Assembly (NCBI GenBank): GCA_965203055.1
Contig: OZ241863.1
Coordinates: forward strand, 3,616,001-3,680,000
DNA: 64,000 nt
Reading direction: 5' to 3'
DNA from: Spirochaetia bacterium
GTDB lineage: Bacteria > Spirochaetota > Spirochaetia > SZUA-6 > Bin103
Shown: positions 9,736-19,858 of the stretch, piece after piece
Layout: each line of letters begins with the position of its first letter
How positions within the stretch are numbered: position 1 is the first letter of the stretch
The notes under the pieces: model-generated
Databases searched by the model: none
Told to the model about the DNA's origin: nothing
Seen by the model: only the letters and a program-made list of their open reading frames with translations
Translations under genes and position numbers: made by a program

Positions 9736-10635
9736 ATGACCCGAAGCCGGCGCCAGGCACTGTACGGATACGCGTTCGTCGCCCCGTTTCTCGCCGGCTT
9801 CGCCTTGCTGATGCTCGGCCCGCTGGTGTACTCGGTGTTCATCAGCCTGACCCGGTACACCATGCTGGCCCGGCCCACCTTCATCGGCATGGACAATTAC
9901 GTCCGCGCCGTTACCGACGATCCGCTGTTCTGGAAGTCGCTTGGCAACACTGCCTACTACGTAGTCATCCACGTACCGCTGGCGTTGGCCGGGTCTCTGG
10001 GATGCGCGCTTATCCTCAACGCATCGCTCAGGGGACGCAACGTCCTGCGCGCCGTCTACTACATACCGGCGATCATTCCCGTGGTCTCCACCGCCTATAT
10101 GTTCCGCTGGCTGTTCCGCACCAACTTCGGTCTGGTCAACACCGTCCTCGGCCTCCTGGGCATCACCGGGCCGGCATGGCTCGGCGATCCCGCCTGGGCC
10201 CTGGACACCATCATCATCATCAGCCTGTGGGGCATCGGCGGGCCGACGGCCATGATCTTCCTCGCCGGCCTCCAGGGGATCGACAGTTCATATTACGAGT
10301 GCGCCAGGATCGATGGCGCGAACCCGCTGCAGACGTTCGTCCGCATCACCCTTCCCATGCTCAGTCCCACGATCCTCTTCAACCTGGTCATCAGTCTGAT
10401 CCATAGCTTTCAGACGTTCGATCTGGTGTTCATCATCACCTCGGCCGGGGGCAGCGGCGCGGGCGGGCCGGCGCACTCGACGTTGTTCTACGTGTTGCAC
10501 CTGTACCGGACCGCGTTCGAGTACTTCGAGGTAGGTTACGGGGCGGCGCTGGCGTGGATCCTGTTCGCCATCATCATGAGTCTGGTTCTCGTTCAGTTCC
10601 GGCTCTCCGACCGATGGGTCTTCTATGGCGAGTGA
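9736..10635 (+). CDS. Carbohydrate ABC transporter permease
   Basis: TM helices; EAA loop YECARIDGAN. Confidence 0.92.
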   Translation: MTRSRRQALYGYAFVAPFLAGFALLMLGPLVYSVFISLTRYTMLARPTFIGMDNYVRAVTDDPLFWKSLGNTAYYVVIHVPLALAGSLGCALILNASLRGRNVLRAVYYIPAIIPVVSTAYMFRWLFRTNFGLVNTVLGLLGITGPAWLGDPAWALDTIIIISLWGIGGPTAMIFLAGLQGIDSSYYECARIDGANPLQTFVRITLPMLSPTILFNLVISLIHSFQTFDLVFIITSAGGSGAGGPAHSTLFYVLHLYRTAFEYFEVGYGAALAWILFAIIMSLVLVQFRLSDRWVFYGE

Positions 10636-11521
10636 AACGGCGCTGCGCAGGGCCGTACGGCGCCGCCCGCGGACGGCGCCCCCAGGCGGCCGCGCAGCAC
10701 TCTATCTTGGCGCCGTCCTGCTCGCCGCGGTGTTCTCACTGCCGCTGGTCTGGACGCTGTCGACCTCGCTTAAACCGGACAATCAACTGTACCTGGATCC
10801 GCCGCGGCTGTTCCCCTCTCCGGCGGTCTGGCAGAACTACGCCGCGGCGCTGCAGATGGCGCCGTTCGGCCGGTTCGCCTACAACACGCTCGTGATCACC
10901 GCGCTGGCCGGCATTGGCCGCGTCCTGGTCAGCACCGTGATCGCCTACGGCTTCGCCCGCTTTCGCTTTCCCGGCCGGGAGCTGCTGTTCACCGCGCTGC
11001 TCGCCACGATGATGGTGCCGCACGCGGTATTGCTGGTACCACAGTTCCTGTTGTTCAACGCGATCGGCTGGATCAACACGTTCCTGCCGCTCATCGTGCC
11101 CGCATACCTCGGCGGCACCCCGTTCATGATCTTCCTCGGTCGCCAGTTCATACGCTCGATCCCGCGTGAACTCGACCAGGCGGCGGAGATCGACGGCGCC
11201 GGCCCGCTCGCCACGCTGGTGCGCATAATCATGCCGAATGCCACCGCGTTCCTGGCCACGGCGACGATTCTGTCGTTTCAGTGGGATTGGCGGTCGTTCC
11301 TCGATCCTCTGGTCTACCTTCAGAGCCAGAGAAAGTACACGCTGGCCCTGGGTTTGCGCTATCTCGCGGAGCTCGGGGGCGGGGACACGATGGCCGGGCG
11401 GCCGTTCGAGCACTATCTCATGGCCGCCACGCTCGTGGTCGCGGTTCCGGTCGTGGTCGTCTTCCTGCTGTTCCAGCGCTACTTCGTGCGCGGCGTGGTC
11501 ATGTCCGGCATCAAGGGGTAG
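10625..11521 (+). CDS. Carbohydrate ABC transporter permease
   Basis: IPRELDQAAEIDGA; C-terminal FQRYFVRG...SGIKG. Confidence 0.92.
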   Translation: MASETALRRAVRRRPRTAPPGGRAALYLGAVLLAAVFSLPLVWTLSTSLKPDNQLYLDPPRLFPSPAVWQNYAAALQMAPFGRFAYNTLVITALAGIGRVLVSTVIAYGFARFRFPGRELLFTALLATMMVPHAVLLVPQFLLFNAIGWINTFLPLIVPAYLGGTPFMIFLGRQFIRSIPRELDQAAEIDGAGPLATLVRIIMPNATAFLATATILSFQWDWRSFLDPLVYLQSQRKYTLALGLRYLAELGGGDTMAGRPFEHYLMAATLVVAVPVVVVFLLFQRYFVRGVVMSGIKG

Positions 11522-11541
11522 ACTGTTCAACGGACCCTCGA

Positions 11542-12942
11542 ATGAAGCGCACTCCCAACATCGTGCTGGTGATTTGCGATCAGCTCCAGGTGTGGGCCAC
11601 CGGATGCTACGGCAACACCGCGGTCCGGACCCCGGCCATCGATGCCCTGGCCGCCGGCGGCGCGCGGTTCCAATACGCAGTTTCCAACGCCCCGGTCTGC
11701 ATGGCCGCCCGCTCGGTGATGATGTCGGGCAAGTACAACCGAAGCTGCACCGGCGGCGGCGCCAACGTGTCCTACGCCGGCAAGCCCGGCGACTTTGCGA
11801 TGCCCGAGTATCCCGACACCGGGCGCCCGCATCTGAAGGACGCCACGCTGGCCGAGACCCTGCGCGCCGCCGGCTACCACACCGCGGTCATCGGCAAGTG
11901 GCACATTCACTCATGGCCGCACGACGTCGGTTTCGACTCGTGGCTCATTCCGCGCGTCCACCATGCGCACAGCGCCCAGCTATTCACGGAGAACGGCGGC
12001 CCCGAGTTCGTTGCCCCCGGCTACAGCGTGGACTTCGAGGCAACCCGCGTCGAGCGGTTCCTGGCCGACCGCGCCCGCCGCAGCGAGCCGTTCTTCCTCT
12101 ACTACAGCATCTCCCCGCCGCACTGTCCGGTGGCCGATATTCCGGAGGAGTACCGCACGCGGTACGATCCGCAGCGCCTGCCGCTCAGAGGCAACGTCAA
12201 GCCCGATCGGTCGATCAGCGACCCGGAACGCTGGTACCGGATATACCGCTGGGACTACCGGTACTACTCCCATGGCCTTCCCTATACGCAGGAGCTGCCG
12301 GCGGGTTATGGGCTGCGGGAGCTGACCGCCGAGTATTACGGCGCGGTCACCTGGATGGATGCGGCGGTCGGGCGGATGCTCGCAGCGCTGGACCGGCAGG
12401 GGCTGGCGGACGATACGGTCGTCGTCTTCCTCTCCGATCACGGCGACAATCTGGGCAGCCACGGGCTGGTTCAGAAAGGAACCCCGAACACGGAGTCGGT
12501 CCGCATCCCGCTGCTCGTCCGGTACCCCGGGGTGGTGGACGCCGGACAGGTAGTGACCGGCGTCACCGCCGGAATCGTCGACCTCGCGCCGACCCTGCTT
12601 TCCCTTGCCGGGCAGCAGGCGCCGGCGCACCTGCACGGCAAAGACTGCGCGCCCTGGCTGCGCGGCAGCTCAGGCAGCACGGACGGCGCCGCCGGCGGCC
12701 AGCGCTGGACGTTCTTCGAGACCCGCAAGGGAGCCGGGGTGTACGATCGGCACCTGGTGTACTTCACCAAGCGCTACGCCAAGGACGGGACGCTCGCGGC
12801 CGGCGCTACCTGGCTGGCCGACCTGCGCACGGATCCCCTGGAGCTGACGGCTGCCGAGGGTACCTCGGTCTCCGCGACCGACGCCGCGCGATTGCGCCGC
12901 CTGCTCGGACAGTGGAACGAGAGCACGCCGTTCGGATACTGA
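11542..12942 (+). CDS. Formylglycine-dependent (S1) sulfatase
   Basis: PNIVLVICDQ, active site CMAAR, GYHTAVIGKWH, PPH, SDHGD. Confidence 0.92.
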   Translation: MKRTPNIVLVICDQLQVWATGCYGNTAVRTPAIDALAAGGARFQYAVSNAPVCMAARSVMMSGKYNRSCTGGGANVSYAGKPGDFAMPEYPDTGRPHLKDATLAETLRAAGYHTAVIGKWHIHSWPHDVGFDSWLIPRVHHAHSAQLFTENGGPEFVAPGYSVDFEATRVERFLADRARRSEPFFLYYSISPPHCPVADIPEEYRTRYDPQRLPLRGNVKPDRSISDPERWYRIYRWDYRYYSHGLPYTQELPAGYGLRELTAEYYGAVTWMDAAVGRMLAALDRQGLADDTVVVFLSDHGDNLGSHGLVQKGTPNTESVRIPLLVRYPGVVDAGQVVTGVTAGIVDLAPTLLSLAGQQAPAHLHGKDCAPWLRGSSGSTDGAAGGQRWTFFETRKGAGVYDRHLVYFTKRYAKDGTLAAGATWLADLRTDPLELTAAEGTSVSATDAARLRRLLGQWNESTPFGY

Positions 12943-12950
12943 GCACGAGC

Positions 12951-14267
12951 ATGGCAACCGAGACGATCATCAACATGGAAGGGGCGCGCATCAAGTTCGG
13001 GGCCGGCGCCACGCGCGAGCTGGGCTTCGAGTTGCGCGCCCTGGGCGTGCGCCGCGCGCTGCTGGTCACCGACCCGGTGCTGGCGCAGTTGGAGCCGGTG
13101 GCGGTGGCGCGCGAGTCGCTGCGCGGCGCCGGCATCGACACGGTCTGCTACGCGGAGACGCGGGTAGAGCCCAGCGACGCCTCGTTCCGGGAAGCAATCC
13201 GCGCCGCCCGGGAGAGCGGCTGCGACGGGTTCGCCGCGGTGGGAGGCGGTTCCAGCATCGACACCGCCAAGGCCGCCAATCTCTACACCACCTACCCGGC
13301 GGAGCTGCTGGCCTACGTCAATCAGCCGATTGGCCGCGGCGAGCCGGTGCCGGGACCGCTCAAGCCGCTGGTGGCGGTGCCCACTACCGCCGGCACCGGC
13401 AGCGAAACCACTGGCGTGACGATATTCGATTACCTGGCGATGGGCGCCAAGACCGGGATCGCCCATCGCGCGCTGCGGCCGGTGCTGGGCATCGTCGACC
13501 CGGACAACACCCGGACCCTGCCGCCGGCGGTGGCGGCCAGCACCGGGCTGGACGTACTCTGCCACGCCGTCGAGTCGTTCACCGCGCTGCCCTATACGGC
13601 GCGCGAGGCGCCGGCGGAGCCGGCGTTGCGGCCCGCCTACCAGGGCGCCAATCCGATCAGCGATCTGTGGGCCGAGCGCGCTATCGAGCTGGTGGCGCAA
13701 CACCTGGTGCGGGCGGTGCGCGACCCGGGCGACGGCGCGGCGCGCACCGCCATGCTGCTGGCCGCCACCTTCGCGGGCTACGGCTTCGGCAACGCCGGCG
13801 TGCACCTGCCGCACGGCATGTCCTATCCGGTATCCAGCATGGTCGCGGGCCGGCAGACCGGCGCCGCCCGGCAGACCGCGGGCGGCGGCTACCATGCGCC
13901 CGGCTACCCGGACGATCACCCGATGCTGCCGCACGGCATGTCGGTCATCCTCAACGCGCCGGCCGTGTTCCGCTTCACCGCCCCCGCCAACCCGGAGCGC
14001 CACCTGCGCGCCGCGCGGCTGATGGGCGCCGCGGTGGAGGGCGTGGACCGCTCCGGCGCGGGCGCCGCGCTCGCCGATGCCATCATCGACCTGATGCGGG
14101 CGGTCGCCGTACCCTCCGGGTTGGCCGCCGTAGGATTCACCCCGGAACACGTTCCGGCGCTGGTAGCGGGCACCCTGCCGCAGCACCGGGTCACCAAGCT
14201 GGCGCCGCGCCCGGCCTCCGAGGCCGATCTGCGAGCCCTGTTCACGGACGCCCTCCGCCATTGGTAG
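12951..14267 (+). CDS. Hydroxyacid-oxoacid transhydrogenase (Fe-containing ADH family)
   Basis: GGGSSIDTAK, PTTAGTGSETT, KTGIAH, RPAYQGANPISD, GNAGVHLPHGMSYP. Confidence 0.9.
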   Translation: MATETIINMEGARIKFGAGATRELGFELRALGVRRALLVTDPVLAQLEPVAVARESLRGAGIDTVCYAETRVEPSDASFREAIRAARESGCDGFAAVGGGSSIDTAKAANLYTTYPAELLAYVNQPIGRGEPVPGPLKPLVAVPTTAGTGSETTGVTIFDYLAMGAKTGIAHRALRPVLGIVDPDNTRTLPPAVAASTGLDVLCHAVESFTALPYTAREAPAEPALRPAYQGANPISDLWAERAIELVAQHLVRAVRDPGDGAARTAMLLAATFAGYGFGNAGVHLPHGMSYPVSSMVAGRQTGAARQTAGGGYHAPGYPDDHPMLPHGMSVILNAPAVFRFTAPANPERHLRAARLMGAAVEGVDRSGAGAALADAIIDLMRAVAVPSGLAAVGFTPEHVPALVAGTLPQHRVTKLAPRPASEADLRALFTDALRHW

Positions 14268-14306
14268 CGGACCGGCCAGATTGGTCGCTGCGGGTAGCCG
14301 GCGGCC

Positions 14307-15170
14307 TTACTCCGGTTCGTACCAACCGGAGCCGAAGATCAACCCGTCGCGGCGTATCACCCAACTGTGCTTGGACCCCTCCGCTCCGGTGACCGGATTG
14401 CGGTACCGGTAATCCACCCACACGCCCTCCTCGGTCGCGGCGGCTATCTCGGCGCCGAAGGCGTAGCCGCTCGAATCGATGCCTTCCGGGCCGTACAGGC
14501 TCTTGCCCAGCAGGCCAGGAGCGGTCGCGTGCGCGATCAGGATGCCATTCTGGTCGACAATGAACACGTACCACTCGCCGTCCACGCTCGCCATGCGGTT
14601 GTAGTAAGCCAGCGTGGCCGCGCGGCCCGCCTTGTCGTAGTACGCAAGTGCCTTCCGTACGAAGGCCTGGGTGAACGCCTCCGGCTCTGACTGCGGGGGA
14701 TCGGGTTCATACCAGCCGGAGCCGAAGATCAACCCGCCGCGGCGCACTACCCAGCTATGCTTGGTTCCCGGCTTGCCGGTGACGGGATTGAGGAACAGGT
14801 AGTCCACCCACGTGCCCTCCGCCGGCGCGGCGGTCATCACCGGGCCGAAGGCGTAGCCGGTCGCGTCGGTGCCGTCCGGGCCGTGCAGGCTGTTGCCCAA
14901 CAGGTGAGGGGCGGTCGCGTGCGCCAGCAACACGCCGTCCTCGTCGAAGATGAACACGTACCACTCGCCGTCCACGCTCGCCTCGCCGTTGTAGTAGGCC
15001 AGCGTGGCGGCGCGGCCGTCGCGCTCGTAGCGCTCGATCGCCTGCTGGACGAATGCCTGGGTATACAGGCCGGGCGTGGATTGAGAGACCTCCACCGGCG
15101 CCGCGACCGCGTGCGCGGCAATCAAAAGCAGGGCTCCGGCCACGCCGATTAGCGAATTAGCTCGTACCAT
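14307..15170 (-). CDS. Secreted protein with two tandem single-Cache domains
   Basis: Signal peptide; two near-identical units with VDGEWYVFI...WVDY...NPVTG...KHSWV...LIFGSGWYE. Confidence 0.82.
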   Translation of the reverse strand: MVRANSLIGVAGALLLIAAHAVAAPVEVSQSTPGLYTQAFVQQAIERYERDGRAATLAYYNGEASVDGEWYVFIFDEDGVLLAHATAPHLLGNSLHGPDGTDATGYAFGPVMTAAPAEGTWVDYLFLNPVTGKPGTKHSWVVRRGGLIFGSGWYEPDPPQSEPEAFTQAFVRKALAYYDKAGRAATLAYYNRMASVDGEWYVFIVDQNGILIAHATAPGLLGKSLYGPEGIDSSGYAFGAEIAAATEEGVWVDYRYRNPVTGAEGSKHSWVIRRDGLIFGSGWYEPE

Positions 15171-15192
15171 AACTACAGTCTATACCGGACTC

Positions 15193-15208
15193 TTGACGGC
15201 GCGGTCAA
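15193..15208. promoter_or_regulatory. Inverted repeat TTGAC-N6-GTCAA, candidate operator
   Basis: Perfect 5-bp arms in the short gap just upstream of the tandem-Cache gene. Confidence 0.3.
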
Positions 15209-15228
15209 ACCTGGCCAATCGACCCGCC

Positions 15229-15708
15229 TCAGTGGCCGGCCGGCGTGCCGGCAACCCCCACCTGCACGATGCGCGGCTGGTCGATTCCCGCCGCCCCGAC
15301 GTACTTGAAGGGCATCCCGTCGAGCTCGCGGGGCTGGGTATCCTGGGCGACGACAGCCGCATCGCCTGACAGCAACACCGCAAAGGGGGCGGCCTGCGTG
15401 CCGGCGCCCGGATCGGTGGGGAACGCGAACTCCGTGCCGGGCACGTTGGTGAAGACGATCCGTCCGTCGGCGTCCGAGATCCAGAACTCGTCGATGACCG
15501 TCTGCGCCGCGATCCGGGACAACGCGGCGTTGATTTCCTCCGGCGTCATGCCGGCCTGCAGCGCGGCGTCGATATAATGGGCGGTGAGGGTGGCCTCGGC
15601 GATCATGTGATCGGAGACCACGTCGGAAACGGCCGACATGCGGGCATTGCTGACGCATCCGGTGGCAAAGGCGACCGCGAGCAGCACGGCGCCGGCTATC
15701 CTGGTCAT
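15229..15708 (-). CDS. Putative lipoprotein with a Cache/PDC-like sensor domain
   Basis: GGAGG RBS; lipobox-like ATGC; IDEFWISDADGRIVFT and FKYVG...RIVQVG. Confidence 0.7.
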   Translation of the reverse strand: MTRIAGAVLLAVAFATGCVSNARMSAVSDVVSDHMIAEATLTAHYIDAALQAGMTPEEINAALSRIAAQTVIDEFWISDADGRIVFTNVPGTEFAFPTDPGAGTQAAPFAVLLSGDAAVVAQDTQPRELDGMPFKYVGAAGIDQPRIVQVGVAGTPAGH

Positions 15709-15830
15709 GTTCCAGCCTCCTGTACCGCTACCGTAATCGTTTCCCGCACCTGGCGCCAGCGCCGGCTGCGGTGCGCGCCGGCGCCAACCGCGCACCAAGT
15801 ATACTTTACCTGGAGGACCTTGGAGGACAC

Positions 15831-16892
15831 ATGACTATCCGAACCATGTTATTCGCCCTCGTCGGCGGGCTGACACTCCCGGCGGCGATCGCTGCCCAGC
15901 AAGCACCGGTCACCAACCTGACCATGGACGAGATATTGGCCGCGGCGGAACCGGCGAACCCGGAGCTGGCGTCCCTGGCGCTGCAACGCGAGAGCGCGCG
16001 CGTCGCGTTCGACCGCGCGGCGGCAGCCTCGGATGCCCGCCTCGACCAGCTTGCCGCGGAGCTGCAGTGGGAACGAGCGCAGCTCAATGTCCGCCAGGGA
16101 ACGTTCCGCGAGCGGCTGGCCATAGCGCAGGCCTATACCGATCTGCAGCAGGCGAACGAGGAGGTGAGCCTGCTGGAAGAGCGGCTGCGCCTGGCGCGGC
16201 TCGACTTGCAGTTGACCAACGCCCGCGTCGAGGTTGGCGCGGCCGGCACGGTGGAGCAGTTGCAGGCGCAGGTAGCGGCGCTCACCGCGGAGCTGAACCT
16301 GACCGGAGCGCGGAACCGGCGGCGCTTCACCACCCTGCCGAACCTGGCGGCCAAGAGCGGCCTGGATTCCACGGTCCTGGCAGCGGCCGCGCTCAGCTCG
16401 GAGCCGCCCGAACTGCCCGCTTTGGAGACTCCTGACAGCTACGCCGCCGCCACCGCGCGGCGGGTAGAACATCGCCACGCAGCCCGGCAGTTGGAACTCG
16501 ACGAGCTCAACCTGAACCTGTTGTCCGCCGAGGAAACGTCCCGGCTCGATCGGGAAGCGGCGGCCAACACCGCGGCCGGCAGCCGGGCGGCGCTGGAAAA
16601 TACCGCCGTCGACTTGCAGACCACGACCGCCGGCGCCTACGCGGCGGCGCAGCAGGCATACGCAACCGCCGCCCTGCGCGAGTTGCAGCTCGCGCTGCAG
16701 CAGGAACGGACGCGCCGGACCGACGAGCAGTTCGCCGCCGGCGTGATCACGCAATCCTCCCGCGCCAGCTCGCAGGCCGATCTGACCGCGGCGGTCAACG
16801 CGCTGCGCGCGGCGCGGTGGTCGGCCTACTTCGCGTGGCTGCGCCTGCAGGAGGCCGCGGGCATCGCCGCGCCGGTCGCGGGGGTGGAGTGA
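15831..16892 (+). CDS. TolC-family outer-membrane efflux protein
   Basis: GGAGG RBS, signal peptide, repeated helical OEP-like halves. Confidence 0.75.
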   Translation: MTIRTMLFALVGGLTLPAAIAAQQAPVTNLTMDEILAAAEPANPELASLALQRESARVAFDRAAAASDARLDQLAAELQWERAQLNVRQGTFRERLAIAQAYTDLQQANEEVSLLEERLRLARLDLQLTNARVEVGAAGTVEQLQAQVAALTAELNLTGARNRRRFTTLPNLAAKSGLDSTVLAAAALSSEPPELPALETPDSYAAATARRVEHRHAARQLELDELNLNLLSAEETSRLDREAAANTAAGSRAALENTAVDLQTTTAGAYAAAQQAYATAALRELQLALQQERTRRTDEQFAAGVITQSSRASSQADLTAAVNALRAARWSAYFAWLRLQEAAGIAAPVAGVE

Positions 16893-18307
16893 GACGTTGC
16901 CGGTGGTTGCCGGCGCTGCTTGGCCTGACCGCGGCACTGCCGGCGGTCGCGCAGGAAGGGCTGCGCATCGGCGACGCCGTGAGCGCAGCGCTCGCCGGCC
17001 ACCGGTCGGTAGCCGCGGCGGAAGGGGCGGTACGGTCCGCGGCGCTCGCCCTGCGGCTGGCGGAGCTCGACGCCGGCCGCACCTCGGTATCGGTCAGCGC
17101 GACCCCGGCCGCGGGCGTAGAGCTGGCGACGCTGCAGACTGACACGTTCGCGGCGGAGGGCAGCGCCACGGTCGGCGCCGCGGTCACCTTGCCGTGGGGA
17201 ATGGAGCTGGCGGGCAGTTACACGGCCGCGGTCAACCTGACCGGTACGGAGCGGAACGGCGACGGCTTCGCCGACGTGCACAGCGTGTCGGTTTCCCAGG
17301 AGCTGCTGTCCGAGGGGCGGTTGGCGCCCGCGGCGCTGGCGGTTGCCGAGCGCGGCGACCAGCTCCGCCTGGCCGGGCTGCGCCTGCAGCGCACCCGCAA
17401 TGAAGTGGTGTTGCAGGCCGCGCAGACCTTCCTGACCCTGGCCGCTCGGGCGGCGGCGGTCACGCTGCTGGAGGAGCGGCTGGCGCTGGCCGAGCGCGAC
17501 CTGACGCGCGTCGAGTCGCGGGCAGCGCAGCAGGCGGCCGACCGGCTTGAGGTGCTGGACGCGGCCATTGCCGTCACCGAGCAGCGCAACTCCCTCAAGG
17601 AGCTGCGCGCCGCGCTCGCGCTCGACACCGGCCAGTTCTTTGCCGACCTGGAGCTCGCGCCGCAACCGTTACTTGCGCCCGCGGCCGACTTGGCGGCGCT
17701 GCGCAGCGGCGCGCACGCGCTGCTTGCGGAGCCGATGCCGCCGAGCGCACTGGCCGGTGCGCCGGCGGTCCTGGAAGCCGAGGCCGCCCTGCGCAGCGCC
17801 GAGTTGCAGGCCGAGCGCGCGCAGCGCGGCGTGCTGCCGGAGCTCACGCTCAGCCTGGACTACCGTAAGCCGCGCTCGGCGCCGCGTCTCGGCTCGCTCA
17901 GCCTGTCGGTTACCGGCAGCTACGCGTTGTTCGACGGCGGCCGCAATGCGGTCGCCGCGGACCAGGCGCAGGAGCAGGCGGCGGCCGCTCGCCGGACCCT
18001 GGAGGCGACCCGAATCGAGGTAGCCGGCGCCTTCCGGCGCGCCCGCCTCGAACTCACCAGCGCCCTGGCGGCCGAAGAACTGGCGCGCCTGCGGCTGGAG
18101 CGGGCACGGCTGCGGCTGGAGCAGGCACGGCGGCGCCACGCCGCCGGCGCGGTCAGCGATACCGCGCTGCAGGAAGCGGTCCTGCTGCTGCGCGAGGCGG
18201 AGGATGCCGCCGGCGCGGCCGCGCTCGCCCTGGGAGGCGCCTACCTGGCACTTGCCATCGATCTCCGGCTGGACCTGCAACGGGAACTGGCAGCCATCGT
18301 CCGCTGA
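16889..18307 (+). CDS. TolC-family outer-membrane efflux protein
   Basis: GTGA overlap with the upstream gene; LPELTLSLDY...SYALFDGG motif. Confidence 0.82.
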   Translation: MRRCRWLPALLGLTAALPAVAQEGLRIGDAVSAALAGHRSVAAAEGAVRSAALALRLAELDAGRTSVSVSATPAAGVELATLQTDTFAAEGSATVGAAVTLPWGMELAGSYTAAVNLTGTERNGDGFADVHSVSVSQELLSEGRLAPAALAVAERGDQLRLAGLRLQRTRNEVVLQAAQTFLTLAARAAAVTLLEERLALAERDLTRVESRAAQQAADRLEVLDAAIAVTEQRNSLKELRAALALDTGQFFADLELAPQPLLAPAADLAALRSGAHALLAEPMPPSALAGAPAVLEAEAALRSAELQAERAQRGVLPELTLSLDYRKPRSAPRLGSLSLSVTGSYALFDGGRNAVAADQAQEQAAAARRTLEATRIEVAGAFRRARLELTSALAAEELARLRLERARLRLEQARRRHAAGAVSDTALQEAVLLLREAEDAAGAAALALGGAYLALAIDLRLDLQRELAAIVR

Positions 18308-18337
18308 CTACCGCAGCGGCGGTCGAGATGGCGGCGC

Positions 18338-19858
18338 TCAGCCGCCGAAGCCGCCGCCACCACCCCCTCCGGGGCCACCACCGCCACCACCGCCGAACAG
18401 CGCCCGCGGGCCGCCGATCGCCTGGAGCTGCTCTTGCAGAAACTGCAGACGTTTCTCCTCATCGTTCTCCAGGGACGGGTCTTCCTCGAGGCGCGCTTCG
18501 TAGGCCTGTTTGACCTGGGGATTGGCCAGCAGCCGTTCCACCAGCGCCTGGCGGCGTTCCGCCGGTAGCTGCGCCAGGCTGAAGCCGCCGCCCGCGCCAC
18601 CGCCTCCGCCGGCCCGCCCGCCGCCGCCAGCGCCCTGACCGCCGGCGGCCGCTTGGCCCTGCCCCGCGCCGGCAGCCGCGGCGGGGCGGCCGGAGGGCGC
18701 TGCGTCCGGCAACGGTTCGCCGGCGGCGCGTACCGGGGCGCCGTCGCGCAACGACTCCTGCCCTACGGTCACCACCACCGCGCCCGCGGCCAAGCCGCTG
18801 GTAATCTCTACCAGGTCCTCGGCCGTCAGCCCCACCGCCACCGGCGTGCGCAGCGCGGCGCCCTCTTCGACCCGGTAGACGATGCTCTGGTCGCGCTCCA
18901 GCAGCACCGCCCGCTTGGGAACCACCACCACGTCGGACCGGGTTTCGGTGGGCACCTGCACGGTGACGAACGTGCCCGGCACCAGCTCGCCGGCGGGGCC
19001 GGCGCCGTCCAGCTCCACCGTGACCTTCACGGTGCCCGACTCCGCGTCCACCACCGGGCTGACGCGGCTGATGACGCCGCCCGCGCGCACGTCACCGGCG
19101 GCCAGCACCCGCACCTCCCGGCCCACGGTCATGCTGCGCCGCCCGGCGTCAGGAACGTGCAATACCGCCTGCAGCGGATCGGGATCCAGCACGTTGAACA
19201 CTCGCGTACTCGCGCCGATCGTAGCCCCCGGTTCCACCGACCGCTCGCCGACGATGCCGGTCAGCGGCGAGCGTATCTCGGTGTCGGTGAGCTGCTGCCG
19301 GGAACGCTCCACGGCGATGGTGCGCAGCTCGAGCTGGTAGCGCTGATTCTCCAGTTCCTGATCGGTGACGCCGCCATGCTGCGCCAGCTCGGTAGTGCGG
19401 GCGTATTGCCGCCGGATGTTGTCGTAGTGCGCCTGGGCCTCGGCCAGCGCCAGGCGCGCGTCGCTTTGATCCAGCCGCGCCAGCACCTGTCCCGCGCGCA
19501 CCGCGTCCCCCTCCTCGACCAGGACCTCGACCACCTGGCCGCCGGCGCGCGCCACCACGTCGATGGAGCGCTCCGCAGTCAGGGTGGTGGTGGCCACCAG
19601 GAAGCTGGACACCGTTTCGCGCGCCGCCTCCGCGGTCACCACCGGGAGCGCCGCGGTCTGGCCGCCGAACCCGCCGACGCCGCCGCCCGGCGCACCGCCG
19701 GAGCCCGGCGCACCGCCGGAGCCGCTCGCCGCGCCGCCGGAACCGCCCAGCAGGTTGCTCACCACACCGCAGCCGGAAAGCGCCGCGGCCGCGGCCAGCA
19801 CCGCCAGCCCGGCCAGCGCCGAGCCGGGTGCCGTCGTTCGCCGCCGCCGGCGCGTCAC
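18338..19858 (-). CDS. RND efflux periplasmic adaptor (MFP) with Gly-rich extensions
   Basis: VLVEEGDAVRAGQVLARLD, IRSPLTG, SPVVDAESGTVKV; lipobox LSGC. Confidence 0.92.
   Translation of the reverse strand: MTRRRRRTTAPGSALAGLAVLAAAAALSGCGVVSNLLGGSGGAASGSGGAPGSGGAPGGGVGGFGGQTAALPVVTAEAARETVSSFLVATTTLTAERSIDVVARAGGQVVEVLVEEGDAVRAGQVLARLDQSDARLALAEAQAHYDNIRRQYARTTELAQHGGVTDQELENQRYQLELRTIAVERSRQQLTDTEIRSPLTGIVGERSVEPGATIGASTRVFNVLDPDPLQAVLHVPDAGRRSMTVGREVRVLAAGDVRAGGVISRVSPVVDAESGTVKVTVELDGAGPAGELVPGTFVTVQVPTETRSDVVVVPKRAVLLERDQSIVYRVEEGAALRTPVAVGLTAEDLVEITSGLAAGAVVVTVGQESLRDGAPVRAAGEPLPDAAPSGRPAAAAGAGQGQAAAGGQGAGGGGRAGGGGGAGGGFSLAQLPAERRQALVERLLANPQVKQAYEARLEEDPSLENDEEKRLQFLQEQLQAIGGPRALFGGGGGGGPGGGGGGGFGG

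Noticed and set aside
11238..12950. 1009-aa ORF suggesting a long N-terminal fusion on the transhydrogenase
   Set aside because: The extension is an off-frame read through the permease and sulfatase genes; the real start is ATG 12951
18338..19745. Gly-rich short tandem repeats in the MFP (GSGGAP x2, poly-Gly tail)
   Set aside because: In-frame low-complexity linkers, not independent repeat elements
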